64,000 nt of DNA from Microthyrium microscopicum. Taxonomy: Eukaryota. The notes under the pieces are model-generated. The model was given only the letters and a program-made list of their open reading frames with translations. It had not been told where the DNA came from and made no database searches. Below, piece by piece: positions 1 to 10,984 of this stretch (position 1 is its first letter; every line of letters begins with the position of its first letter). The stretch lies in contig MU004231.1 of the NCBI GenBank assembly GCA_010405405.1, forward strand, positions 3,218,401 to 3,282,400, written 5' to 3'. Position numbers and translations under genes: made by a program.

Positions 1-533
1 AAAGCCTGTCGAAATCTGCACAAGGATGGTCCCGAAAACCTTTATATTGCTGTCACTGCCACTCCGTAACATTTTGGTGAGAGATTGTGGATATTATAAG
101 AGAAGAACATGACCTATAATAGATTGCCAAGCTGCTGATATTAATGCCGTGTAAGATGCTGGAAGATTGGCGGAAATTAAACATGAAGTTTCTAGATCGT
201 AGTCGACCAGCTCCAGATTGGCAAATTCCACGAGCCACTTAGCAATGATAACTTCAAATTGGTGTTACTTGTTGCATCATCTTAATTGATACTACTACTT
301 CCTCATGATCTACATCTCATTCATCGTACCAAGTGAGCATGCTCCCCAGACACCGGCCAATAATGCCTCACACACTCTCAACCGCCGAATAAGTATATGT
401 ACAATAATAGTGACAAGCCTTTTCCTCCTGGTCCAACTCCTCATGCGTCCACACTTGATCTAAATATGCGCCATCCGTTGATAATATATGCAGTGAAAAA
501 TGCCCCGGGTTTTCCAGGGTCTATCATGAAAAT

Positions 534-2815
534 CTATGCGTAAGGTACTTGCTCTTTCGGAGCAGAGACCTGTCGAGCGGAAAAAGTACAGTGGCCCAAG
601 CCCATATCAGTGCCAGTCACACCCCACTGAAGCTCTTGGAGTGTAGCATCGGCTGGTTCGTTGGGCGATGGGTGGAGTGCCGCAGATATGGCTGCCGAGC
701 AAGTGCTAACGACCGGAACCCCAGACTTGAATTTGCGGAATGACATATGGCAGATATAATATATCATAGCCAAGTCCAGTACTATAAGGGCCAAATTGGC
801 CAAAGGCGCGAATGCGGTTGTGGTAAAATCGTTGCCAGGAAGTCGACCAAAAGTTGTGGACTTTACTCCATCGGAAGTCATTTCGTTGCCCCAGGCTTCG
901 ACGTCGACCACAAACAGGGTCTGCGAAATGGCGGTATGAATAGCGCAGGAAAAGAACATGATAGGGAAAGCGACCTTATATGGCATAAGGAAAAAGTAGA
1001 CGCCTCGCTGTTTGCCTCGGGGGGATTCAGACACTCGCAGGCCTTTCTTGTGACGGGCAAATCGTGACCATTCGTCTTGGAAGATCATGGCGTAAAATAT
1101 GTTGTTGTAGACAACGTAGAGTGTACCACAAATAACGTGTCCAATGTTCGCGAGGAAGACACTGCGGAACATGCCTCCCTGTTCCTTATTGTGCCAACCG
1201 ATGAGGAAATGGGTGTTGATGCTGCCAATACCTTGAGCGAGCATGCCCTCGAGTGTCATGTTCTCATTGGAAATGCAAAACATCGCCACGGTCAGACAGG
1301 TAGATAAAACCATGCTGCGAAAGTATTAGCAAGGGACTCTTTATTATGGACTGTGAGAACTTACAGAAGGATCCAAACGATAACTCTAGTCCGAATGCCT
1401 TCGGCCCATCGTTTCGGTTTCTTAACAAAGTAGCCTGGAGCAGATTTTCTCCATTGTCCGGGATGGTTGATGATAAAGCTTTTGGAAGCCATGCACATGT
1501 GCTTTGTGTATCGGTCTGGTCGATTCATGTAAGAGACAATCGCATCTCCCGTGGTCATAAGCGGTTGTTCGTTGACGTTGAAGGCGACTGCGAACATGAT
1601 CATGGACTTGAAAAGACAGACAAACAACACAATTAGACAGAAAGGCAGGCTGAGTTGCAGCTTGCAATGCTCATCTGATTTTTCTGAAAGGCAATATTCG
1701 ATCTTTGCTCCATCTGAAACCTTCCACAAAGAAGCATCCAATCGTAAATGTTCTGCGTGATATAGGCACTGGTCCGTAGTTTTCAGTTTAAGTCTGTTGC
1801 ATAACCAGGAGTATTGCTCTGGTCCATCACGATTAATGGCGCTTGGAACAGGAGCTTCGTATGCGTCAAAAACATCGCCGGATCGAGACGAGTTATTTTT
1901 GGAAATTAGAATAACGTTGCGTCTGGCCGATTGCACCGGCACTGCATACTGATCTATGCACTCTTTGTTATCGAGCCTCTCGAGCTTGCCAGCCCGAGCC
2001 TTTTGATGCATTTCGAGGGCAATAGCACTGAAGTAATTTGTTACAGGCTGCGATGGACCAAAGTCCTGAGCCATCCTCATGGTGAAGTTTTCGGAGTTTA
2101 TGTATGATTCTTGGGCGACAAGAACTGAGTAGTCGTTTGCCGAGTATGTTGGGAAGAGTATGGCGTTGAAACTATAGCAGTCAGTACCACAATAGTAAAC
2201 GGAAACGGACAACCTACAATAGTTGAAGAAGTGGCGATGAGAGGGCCAACAAAAGGAAGAAACTGAGTCGTAGTTTGCTTGCAGCACGAAGATTCCGTAG
2301 ACTCATGGCTCCAATATCCAGCCATCGGCCTTGAGAGTGTTGTTGATCTAATTCTTTCCGTGACGGCGGCGTTAAACAGTACTTCATTTTCAGTCAGTCG
2401 TCTTTCATAGAATTGCTTCAGAGACTCTTACCATCACATAACAGCTTGCACTAAGCATATATGTGCCTATACCTGATACGAAGGCATGAGCGAAAAGGTT
2501 TTTGGTCTTCATTTTCCCACAGTCTCCTTCGTATACCGTTATTCTGCCATTTTTGTCGACCCCATTGACACCAATCGCTATCATGAGACCCAGGAATATG
2601 GTGAATGTGGCTAAAAAGGCCAGTCCAGCATAAATGGTAGTGTAGAATCTCCAGCTGAGATAGTTGTGCTTCCACCATAAGCCGGGTTGCTTGAAGACAC
2701 TGTAATGCGGGCCCTCATCTTCTATCGGTGAGAGGTCTACACTTGAGGAGAGGGTCGTTGAAGCATAGTCGACGGTCTCCACCTGAATCTTCTCCTTCCC
2801 TTCCGGCATCCCCAT
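534..2815 (-). CDS. Multi-pass membrane protein, DUF6536-like fungal family; 4 exons (2815-2432, 2381-2218, 2171-1365, 1314-534)
   Basis: ORF pieces 2405..2899, 1361..2287 and 534..1313 are joined by GT-AG introns. Exon 2, absent from the ORF track, reads YCLTPPSRKELDQQHSQGRWLDIGAMSLRNL, matching the family motif as I recall it (CL.AP.R.E.D..H..G.WLDIG..S.RNL). Other matching motifs are LERLDNKECIDQY, PLMTTGDAIVSY, GLRVSESPRGKQR and TCSAAISAALHP. Confidence 0.8.
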
Positions 2816-5467
2816 TGTGCTGGTGGGAAGAGACTTGTAGATGGTTGTGTAGGTCCAATTCGCGGAGATTGAGAGAGGTAGTTTGAGGGTTTTGTTCAAA
2901 TCCTAGAGAGAAAGAGGAGCAAGGGGACGTGAAATTGCATGTCAAGCTGGGAAAGTAGGGTCCAATGTCCGTGTGCAAATATCGAAGCCGTACTATAGCT
3001 TATATCTGATTTGGGCTGTGAATAGGGACAGATAGATTTCGCCACTGGACGCCTAGATCACTATCTGGGGATTCGAAAGATGGCAAATGATAAAAAAGTT
3101 TAGCCAATGCTAGCTGATCAATGGAAGATACTACTGAGGGTCGACTCAAAAACCCAGTTCAATCTTCCATGCAGAGCAGCGAGTGTACACTAGAACCATT
3201 TAGATTCATGAATATCTGGGGTTCCCGTGGCTTGGAAATTCGCCGCAGGCACTGTTATTATCATCGTGACCATTTCTAGAATCGAGTCAGGGATTCATTG
3301 GCCCCAGTTGATGGAATTGAGGGTGACGAGTGGCTGGTTCTTCTAGATTAACATGGTTTCTATGGCGGAGAGGAGAGTAGTTCAGCACAGGCCGGACGAA
3401 ACGTCAAGATGGCCAATAAGCTGGAGTAATTACCCATTGGCACGCGACATAATCCCAGCCATTAGCGAAGAATAGTGGAGTGAAATATCGATACATGTTC
3501 TATCCGGGGCCGTTTGCAGGGTTGGTAGGAGTTTAATGAAACTAGATGACAAGCTGTTTACTACAAACTAATAGACTGGGATATATTGTGAGTGCTAGCC
3601 TTCAGGTACAATTCGTTACTCGGCCTTCTGCTTCATAACCTCAAGAGAGCACACCACATGAAATGACATGGAAGATACCAAGTCATTCAAACGGCCAAAG
3701 AAGATATTGTGTCTGCAGTACTGTAAAGAAGATATGATCAGATGTTGAAAGAATAGGGTTCGAAACATTAACGCAGTTTTCAAACAAGAACCTAGATTTG
3801 GGATGCACTAGCCAGGTATAACCCAGGTATATGAGAAAAGCGAAGGGATGCCCTATACAATCTCTGGCGGACAAACACTTGCCTACGCCCTGTTGAGTTT
3901 GTACAGGGTACTAATTCAGACTGACATCGGTTTAACCAGATATCGAATAAATAACCTGTACTAAGAAAGTCCTCTTCTCAGGATTGAATGAAGGCGACCC
4001 ACATATCAGTATTATTGTCACATCGCGGGAAGTATGTGACATATACCAATCGCTGGAGTCGATAAATGTGACTACTTTACTGGTTGACATCGCCATTCAT
4101 AAGGAGAAGATGCTTTCCAACATACTCGACGATAAGGAGTCTTATCATTTCATCAACGGGTTCGTAAGCACTTATTTGATCACAGAGCGTAGTGTATGTG
4201 AATCGAGTTAGTTGAAAAAAGCATACCAGTTTCTTTTTTCAACAATAAGATACTAAGAAAGCCATGTACCAAAGATGTTGTTCCTTGTTGCATCGATCTT
4301 CGACAGGTAATGTCAGCACACTGCCAACAAAAGCCCGACAACAAGGACAAGGAAAAGGTTATGGGGTCAAGGATGAATTGATTCGGCTCCTAATGGACGA
4401 GAAAAGTCTTTGGAAGGCAAAGCATGTGAAGTTATAGAAGCACGAGAGGATAGAACTTGCAGCGAGTCATCCACGAATGGCCACGCCATTGTGCCGAAAA
4501 GGAGAAGGTGTAGACCAAAGAGTAAAAAGATCATCACACGTGGAAAACTGATGATCTTTCGCTCGCAGTCGATCCAACATTGGGTAAACCTTATTTGGCA
4601 AATCTGGGGCACGATGTTTGGTTTGTATTGTCATCTGAGCTATTGGGCAACAATTGACTTATCTCATGCAATAGTTCTTCCGCTTAAGCTTTTCATGAAT
4701 CTGCAGTGACCACTTGGGAGTGTATTCACTTTCTACAAGGCTGGCATACTTTTGAACCAATCTTTTACCCCACGGGGTCTGAGAACAGGTCAATTGATCT
4801 GTTAATCGTCCGAATACGAAACACGATATCTACTGTGCTCCATTCACTCACTTTTCCTCGTACGGATGCAAGTTGCTGTGGCCTACCTGTTACCATCAGA
4901 TCTACAGTACCTAATTTAGAATACGCAGGATTGGTACCCAATCTCATTGTAGGGCGACTGTATTTTCGAAATGAATCGCTTAGGAAGGATTTTGTCTTGG
5001 AACACTTTCCACCAGGAATTAATTGGTAGGCATGGCTGCCAACTACCACGAGGCAGCATGCCAATTACTCAAGAACGTTCACTCCGCGCGTCGATCATAC
5101 AAGATCTACTTTCCTTTCATATGTCGCAAGTCCACTCCGCTTTGCCGAGAAACCCTAAGCAGCGCATTCATGAACACAAGCATTTAGTTGTAATGCGGAA
5201 TTGCGGAGAGTATTGGTACCCTGACTTTAACAGGTATATGGGGAAGATCGCTGACGTTGCCACCGATCGAGTTTGGAGCCTCAAACCATGTAGATTCTTG
5301 CCTTTTTCTGGATACGCTCGTTTTTCTGTAACAGTGTTTGTGTTCAATCAGCATCTTGCGATCTTTTTTTCTGCCCATCAATACCCCACACAGCGTGTAT
5401 GGCGACCATGATATCAGGCCCTGAATTAGATCAGAGCGTGGAAGACCAGATAAGATGAAAGCTTGCT

Positions 5468-5778
5468 GGGGAGGGTTAGCAAACGAATTTGTGCCGAATT
5501 CGTTTGCAGATCTTTACCCAGAGCCGTTAGTAAACGAAATGGAAGTCGAGCCGCTAGACCTGAGATCTAGCGGCTCGACTTCCAATTTGTTTGACCAAAA
5601 GAGTATAGCGTCTTGATTTAAGGTCTATCATTGGTAGAGCAGCTAAAAGCTGTGAAGACTAGATATTCTGTGGACATATTAAGGCTATAGGCTAGAGCTT
5701 GAAAGGTCCTAGTAAGCCTGCTTTTGGTTAGAGAACGAGTAAACGAATTCTACACAAATTCGTTTGCTAACCCTCCCC
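5468..5778. mobile_element. Non-autonomous TIR element (MITE-like), 311 bp
   Basis: GGGGAGGGTTAGCAAACGAATTTGTG at 5468 has its perfect reverse complement ending at 5778 (26 bp perfect, about 40 bp with 3 mismatches). GCT flanks both ends (5465-5467, 5779-5781). There is an internal perfect 18-bp hairpin at 5541-5583. Confidence 0.85.
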
Positions 5779-6086
5779 GCTACAAAGCCTAGTTCCTCTT
5801 TCGAGTACATGCTGGAGTGGCACTGACAACTGTACTCCGTAATGATGCGCTCCCCGGATTTCCGCAGACACTGAACATCACTGCACTGTTCAAGAGCTTA
5901 AACGTCATAACTACGTGGCCGAATGATATGGAAGATAGGCACTTGTATCAAGAAAATGATTGATTGTTGCTAGCTGGGCGATTTGATAATAATGTTTGAG
6001 TTTTGATAGTGAAACTGATACGATATATACACTTCAATCATTGCTTCGATGAGCCATATCCGCGCAACGTCAACATTCGCAATGGC

Positions 6087-6280
6087 TTAATGCTACACAA
6101 GAATAAGCGACTGAAAAGTATCGATATCAATAGGAAAGCTTACATTTTGAGAACAGTCGTTGCATTTGCAGTCGCTTCCTCCGCAGGCGCCAGGCTGGCA
6201 GTTGGGACAAGAAGTGCATTCACTACGGTTGGTTAGCAAGTTGATATATTCTCTAGAGAGAAATAAGTGTACCAAGCCAT
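6087..6280 (-). CDS. Small Cys-rich metallothionein (30 aa), 3 exons: 6280-6273, 6222-6144, 6092-6087
   Basis: Splice pattern ATGGCTTG|gtacac..gctaac..cgtag|exon 2|gtaagc..tgtag|CATTAA gives MACECTSCPNCQPGACGGSDCKCNDCSQNH*. It has 8 Cys in CxC/CxxC patterns, and a TATAAAA lies about 105 nt upstream. Confidence 0.85.
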
Positions 6281-6383
6281 ATTCGAAAACTGATGTATTT
6301 GATAGTGGTACAAGTTGAATAGAGTTTGATGGTAGATATTCTTGAGAAGGACTTTGATGTATGGAAGTTTTGGGACAGCACCG

Positions 6384-6390
6384 TTTTATA
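6384..6390 (-). promoter_or_regulatory. Putative TATA box of the metallothionein gene
   Basis: TATAAAA on the minus strand, about 105 nt upstream of the ATG at 6280. Confidence 0.5.
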
Positions 6391-6848
6391 CATAACCATG
6401 GGATCCACTCTGAGTGTTTATGATGCTACTATCGTCATATCTGAAGCGTATCTTCCAATCATACTCCAGTCCATGACCGGATACGGTACCACGGCATTGA
6501 TCAGCCAATCAACCAAACTTCATCGAGTGGGGAAGCTCTCGGCGGAGGTTGGCTAAACGAGCCGTCGCCAACCGTTCTCATAGCCTTGCAGAATAGTCAT
6601 ATGCTCCAACAACCAAAGGCATGATTTTTAGCTAGACCGATTAGTGGGATATTAAGGGAGAAGACGCCAACTTAATAGCAAAAAGGTATATGAGCATTGG
6701 TCTATGGTGCTTATTGGTATCTCTCAAAAACACGCTGTTGGTTCTTTCTTAATCATCTCTTGTGTGCTATTAACCTTGTCTTCAACCACCAAATCTCTTA
6801 GTATGGGGGACCCAAAAAATATAAAAGGGGGAATTGGCAGTAAAGCAC

Positions 6849-8539
6849 TCACAGCTTCTCTTTCAGACTGGTCTTCAGTCGTCTCTCCACTGCTTCCATG
6901 TACTTGCCGGTGACGACCCATGATTCTCGGTCCTTGCGTCCACAGGCGAGCGCGAGATCTTTGGTCATGATGCCGTCAATGTCGACAGTGTCGATGCAGG
7001 CGCGTTCCAGCGCCTCGGCAAAGGCAACAACTTCGGGCGTGTCGTCGAGTTCACCGCGCTTGACCAGACCGCGAGTCCATGCGAAAATGGAGGCGATGGG
7101 ATTGGTGGAGGTCTCGTTGCCTTTCTGGTGTTCGCGGTAATGGCGGGTGACTGTTCCGTGGGCTGCTTCGGATTCGAAGGTCTTGCCATCTGGGGTGATG
7201 AGGACGGAGGTCATCAGACCGAGGGAACCGAAACCTTGAGCAATGATATCTGACTGAACATCACCGTCGTAGTCTAAAAACTTGTAAGTACTCAAGAATT
7301 GATTCTTTATGCAGAGAGAACGTACTCTTCATCGCAATGATATAACCACCCTCGCTTTTGATCATCTGTGCAACCATATCATCGATCAGTCTGTGCTCGT
7401 ACCAGATCTTCGCGGCCTCGAAATCCTTGACGTAGTTCTTTTCGTAGACATCCTGGAAGATATCCTTGAAGCGACCATCGTACTTTTTCAAGATGGTGTT
7501 CTTGGTGGTCATGTAAAGCGGCAACTTCTTGTCTACAGCAAGTTGAAAGCTGGCGTGTGCGAAACCCTCAATGGACTCGGCAGTGTTGTACATAGTAAGC
7601 GCAACACCGCCTTTCTCTTGTGTGTAGTTGTAGACTTCGATAACTTCGGGCTTGCCATCCTTTGGCGTGTAAACCATCTCGAGCTTTCCTGGGCCTGGGA
7701 TAACGGCATCTTTTGCTCGGTATTGATCACCGAATGCATGTCTTCCAATAATAATTGGCTTCTTCCAGCCAGGAACTAGACGAGGGATACGATCGATGAC
7801 AATTGGCTCACGGAAAACGGTTCCGCCGCTGATGAAGTTAGTTACCCTTTTCTTCCGAGATTTTGGTGGAGAATTCCGCTTACAGTGCATTTCGGATGGT
7901 ACCGTTTGGCGATAGCCACACTAAAATTCGGCGTTAATTCCGCATAGCTTCAGTAAGATTATTTGACATACTGTGCTTAAGCTTGAATTCTTCCACGCGA
8001 GCCTCATCTGGAGTGATGGTAGCGCATTTGACACCAACTGAGTATTTCTTGATAGCTTCGGCAGAATCGATGGTGACCTGGTCATTCGTCTCGTCGCGAT
8101 ATTCTAGACCCTAATACATTGTTGGTGTGGCGAAAAATCAAAGATTCATAAGGCACTCACCAAATCGTAATATTTGAGGTCGATATCAAGATATCTACGA
8201 AGAGCGGTGAGTAAGAGCATGATAATGAGTATTGTGGCTGGCGTACGGGTAAATGAACTAAAATTTAAGCATAAGCAGTTGTCTTACACGAACGATGCAT
8301 AAAATGCTGGTATGCATCCTTACCTTGTCTTTGATATCTTTCCAGATAATTCTGGTCATCTCATCACCGTCCAGTTCGACCACTGGGTTCTTCACCTTGA
8401 TCTTGCGAATTCCGGTCGCCATGGTTCTTCTTGCTACGGTTACAAATATGGGATGGAGGGGTTGTCTGGTGAGGGATCGGAATTGAGGAGCAAAGGACGG
8501 ACGTAGTGAGGAACGGAGAACAGAGCTCGCAGCTTGCAT
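6849..8539 (-). CDS. IDP1: NADP-dependent isocitrate dehydrogenase with N-terminal mitochondrial-type presequence; 7 exons (8539-8324, 8257-8247, 8194-8161, 8110-7972, 7920-7884, 7828-7326, 7273-6849)
   Basis: Motifs [66 protein letters not shown] and [12 protein letters not shown]. All introns are GT-AG and the spliced frame is continuous. The N-terminus is Arg/Ser-rich and lacks acidic residues. Confidence 0.97.
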
Positions 8540-10178
8540 TGTGAAAAGAAGAAAGGAGGGCCGCGATAGTACTAGTAGTGGAATTCAGACAATATACCGG
8601 TCCGGACGATACTACAGCCGACGAGGGTTCTCATGCGCCGTTGAACCGAAAAGGATTTGTTGGTGGGGAAAATCAGTTCCGCGGTTATTAGTGTACTTGA
8701 TGGCAGACAGCTCTAATCCAGGTACCGATGAAAAGAGGGCCGTTTGCCGGCGACGAGGCTGGGATCGGTACTATTTGATGACGGATCAAACTTGTTGCTC
8801 TGAATCCCTGTGGTGTTGCAGTTTGCAGCCGAGAAGCGTGGGAGCTGGCTTGATTCTTGAATGTATGTGGTAACAGGCGATGACGGGACTGTAGGAAGGA
8901 ATTTGGTGTTGCTCTGTTGCTCCTGCGACCACGGCGACTGCGGGAAGGTACGGTAGATGGAGTCGTGAAAGAGAAAAAGAAAGAGAGTTGGAGATGTTTT
9001 AGCCCCAGAGCACAATCATCCAACTTTATCCTCTAAGCTTCTGGGAAAGGGTCTACCTTATGACATTTTTCTTTGCTGGGCGAAATTTCTGCTTGCACCA
9101 GACCACTTCAGACTGCCTTTGGCGGACTCACCAAAAACAATCCTGGTTGCAGCCGAGGACTTTTGTTCACCACGCGACATCCCGCTTCTCCCCTCTAAGC
9201 ATAACATGGCACCAAGGACACCCCGCTCTGGAGTCAATTAAATATCTCCGGCTGACTGGCAGTGAAGAACAGAGCTTTGAAACAACTGCTCTGCATGGTG
9301 CCATCAGATTGGCCAGAGGTTGCTACTGCTTCGTTGCTCTCATTGGCCTCTGCCGCCAGTGTTCGCTGACTCCAATTATGTTCCATATCAATTGTTGTGG
9401 GGGTGCACTCAGCCTTATTGCTTCCATGGTATTGGGTCCAAAGAGTTGAGTTGTCTGGTTCCGGCATGCGCTACTGGCACGTGGAGTGAAAGGTACGCGT
9501 GTTGTATGATCGGACAGTGAAAACATGAGTGAAGAGCCAACAATTCCATGCCTTGACTTTTCTCCCGAGTCGTCTAGGGAACATGTTATATACATATGCC
9601 AATCCAGTCATAGACGTGACGGGGAAAGTCGGGGTTGTCAATTCGCAACAACCGACTATGCGGGACGAGAGAAAAGATGATCAAGGGTGATATTGTTGAA
9701 TAATTCGATAGTTTTCGTCTGAGCCGACAGACTGGCTCCATGGCAGGATAAACACCCGATGGGTTGGATACCAGAATTTGATGATTGGCTTGGCTCAGGC
9801 GAGGAGTTTGGATTCTAGGCTGGCCTGATATCTACCTTACTCTACAAGAGCCGTGAAACATGTCGCACACTACTCTACACCAGGTCACTACACAAGGTTT
9901 CTGATTCATAATATTGACGCACTGCAATTCGATTCATCAAGTGCCAAACTCAAACTGTCATTTGAAGGGAAGATAGCCAGCTCGTCGCGATAGAGTATGT
10001 ATTTTCTAAAAAGTAAAGTGTCGCTTTGCCAATGTCACGATATCTCATGGATCGTTATATGCTAATCATGGTATATGCATTGTGCTGTAGCAATTGATCA
10101 CGCATCTGCAAACTCTCCTTCATGTTCAAAAGTATGTCACATATACAATGAAGCAGTGAGAAGCACCTCGGGACAGTA

Positions 10179-10382
10179 CCTCTGCCTTGCACTCTGAGTT
10201 ACCCAGGCTGCAAATTTTGTTACTTCTCAGATCGGTATCTGATTGGTCAAGAGCTAGTTCTCAGCTATATGATTGGTCAGTGCTGGCTCTCAGGGTCTGA
10301 TCACATTCCACTAGCCAATCAAAGAGCGCAAATGAAAAGCCATATTCTTGCAGCCCGGGTAACTCAGAGTGCAAGGCAGAGG
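10179..10382. mobile_element. MITE with TA target-site duplication (Tc1/mariner-type), 204 bp
   Basis: 35-bp TIR CCTCTGCCTTGCACTCTGAGTTACCC(A/G)GGCTGCAA at 10179-10213 and 10348-10382 with one mismatch. TA flanks both sides (10177-78, 10383-84). Confidence 0.88.
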
Positions 10383-10984
10383 TAATTGGTAGAGGAAATG
10401 GAGATGGCCACTCAATCGAAGGTTTTGATGCGCGTTGAGGTTTACGGGAACGGAGTATAATGGCGATGGCAGTTCGTAAAGGCGGCGACTAAGGCTCTCA
10501 CATAAATTTCTGGGCACTTTACCCGGTCCCTGGCGCCCCTACGCCCATTCAGTGAGGGCTAGACCGGGATGCAGCAGCGAAAGTCCAAAACTCCATCAAA
10601 TGTCCAATCTTGGAAAAGTAATGACGAAGTGGTTGAATTTGTACTGTTTGCCGGCGCGCGACCTCAACGCTAGCTTCATAAGTTCGCGTGCCAAGTGCCA
10701 ATATCTACTAACACGACTACCTTACCCAATTAGTAGGTAATATAGAGGCAAAAACCTGCAACACATCATCAATACTTGGAACTTGCGTCTTGAGATTGAC
10801 CAACACCTGAACTTCACTGTTCCGAACCATTGGCCTTGCGCCTCTACACCGCATACCGATTGCTCCTCGCATACCTACCTAGTCATCTACCCTTTCCCAC
10901 AACACTCAATATCGAAACTCAAGTTACTCAACACTTTCCGGTTGAGGAAATCACTTCGTAACACTATTGCTGACCATCACTGAT

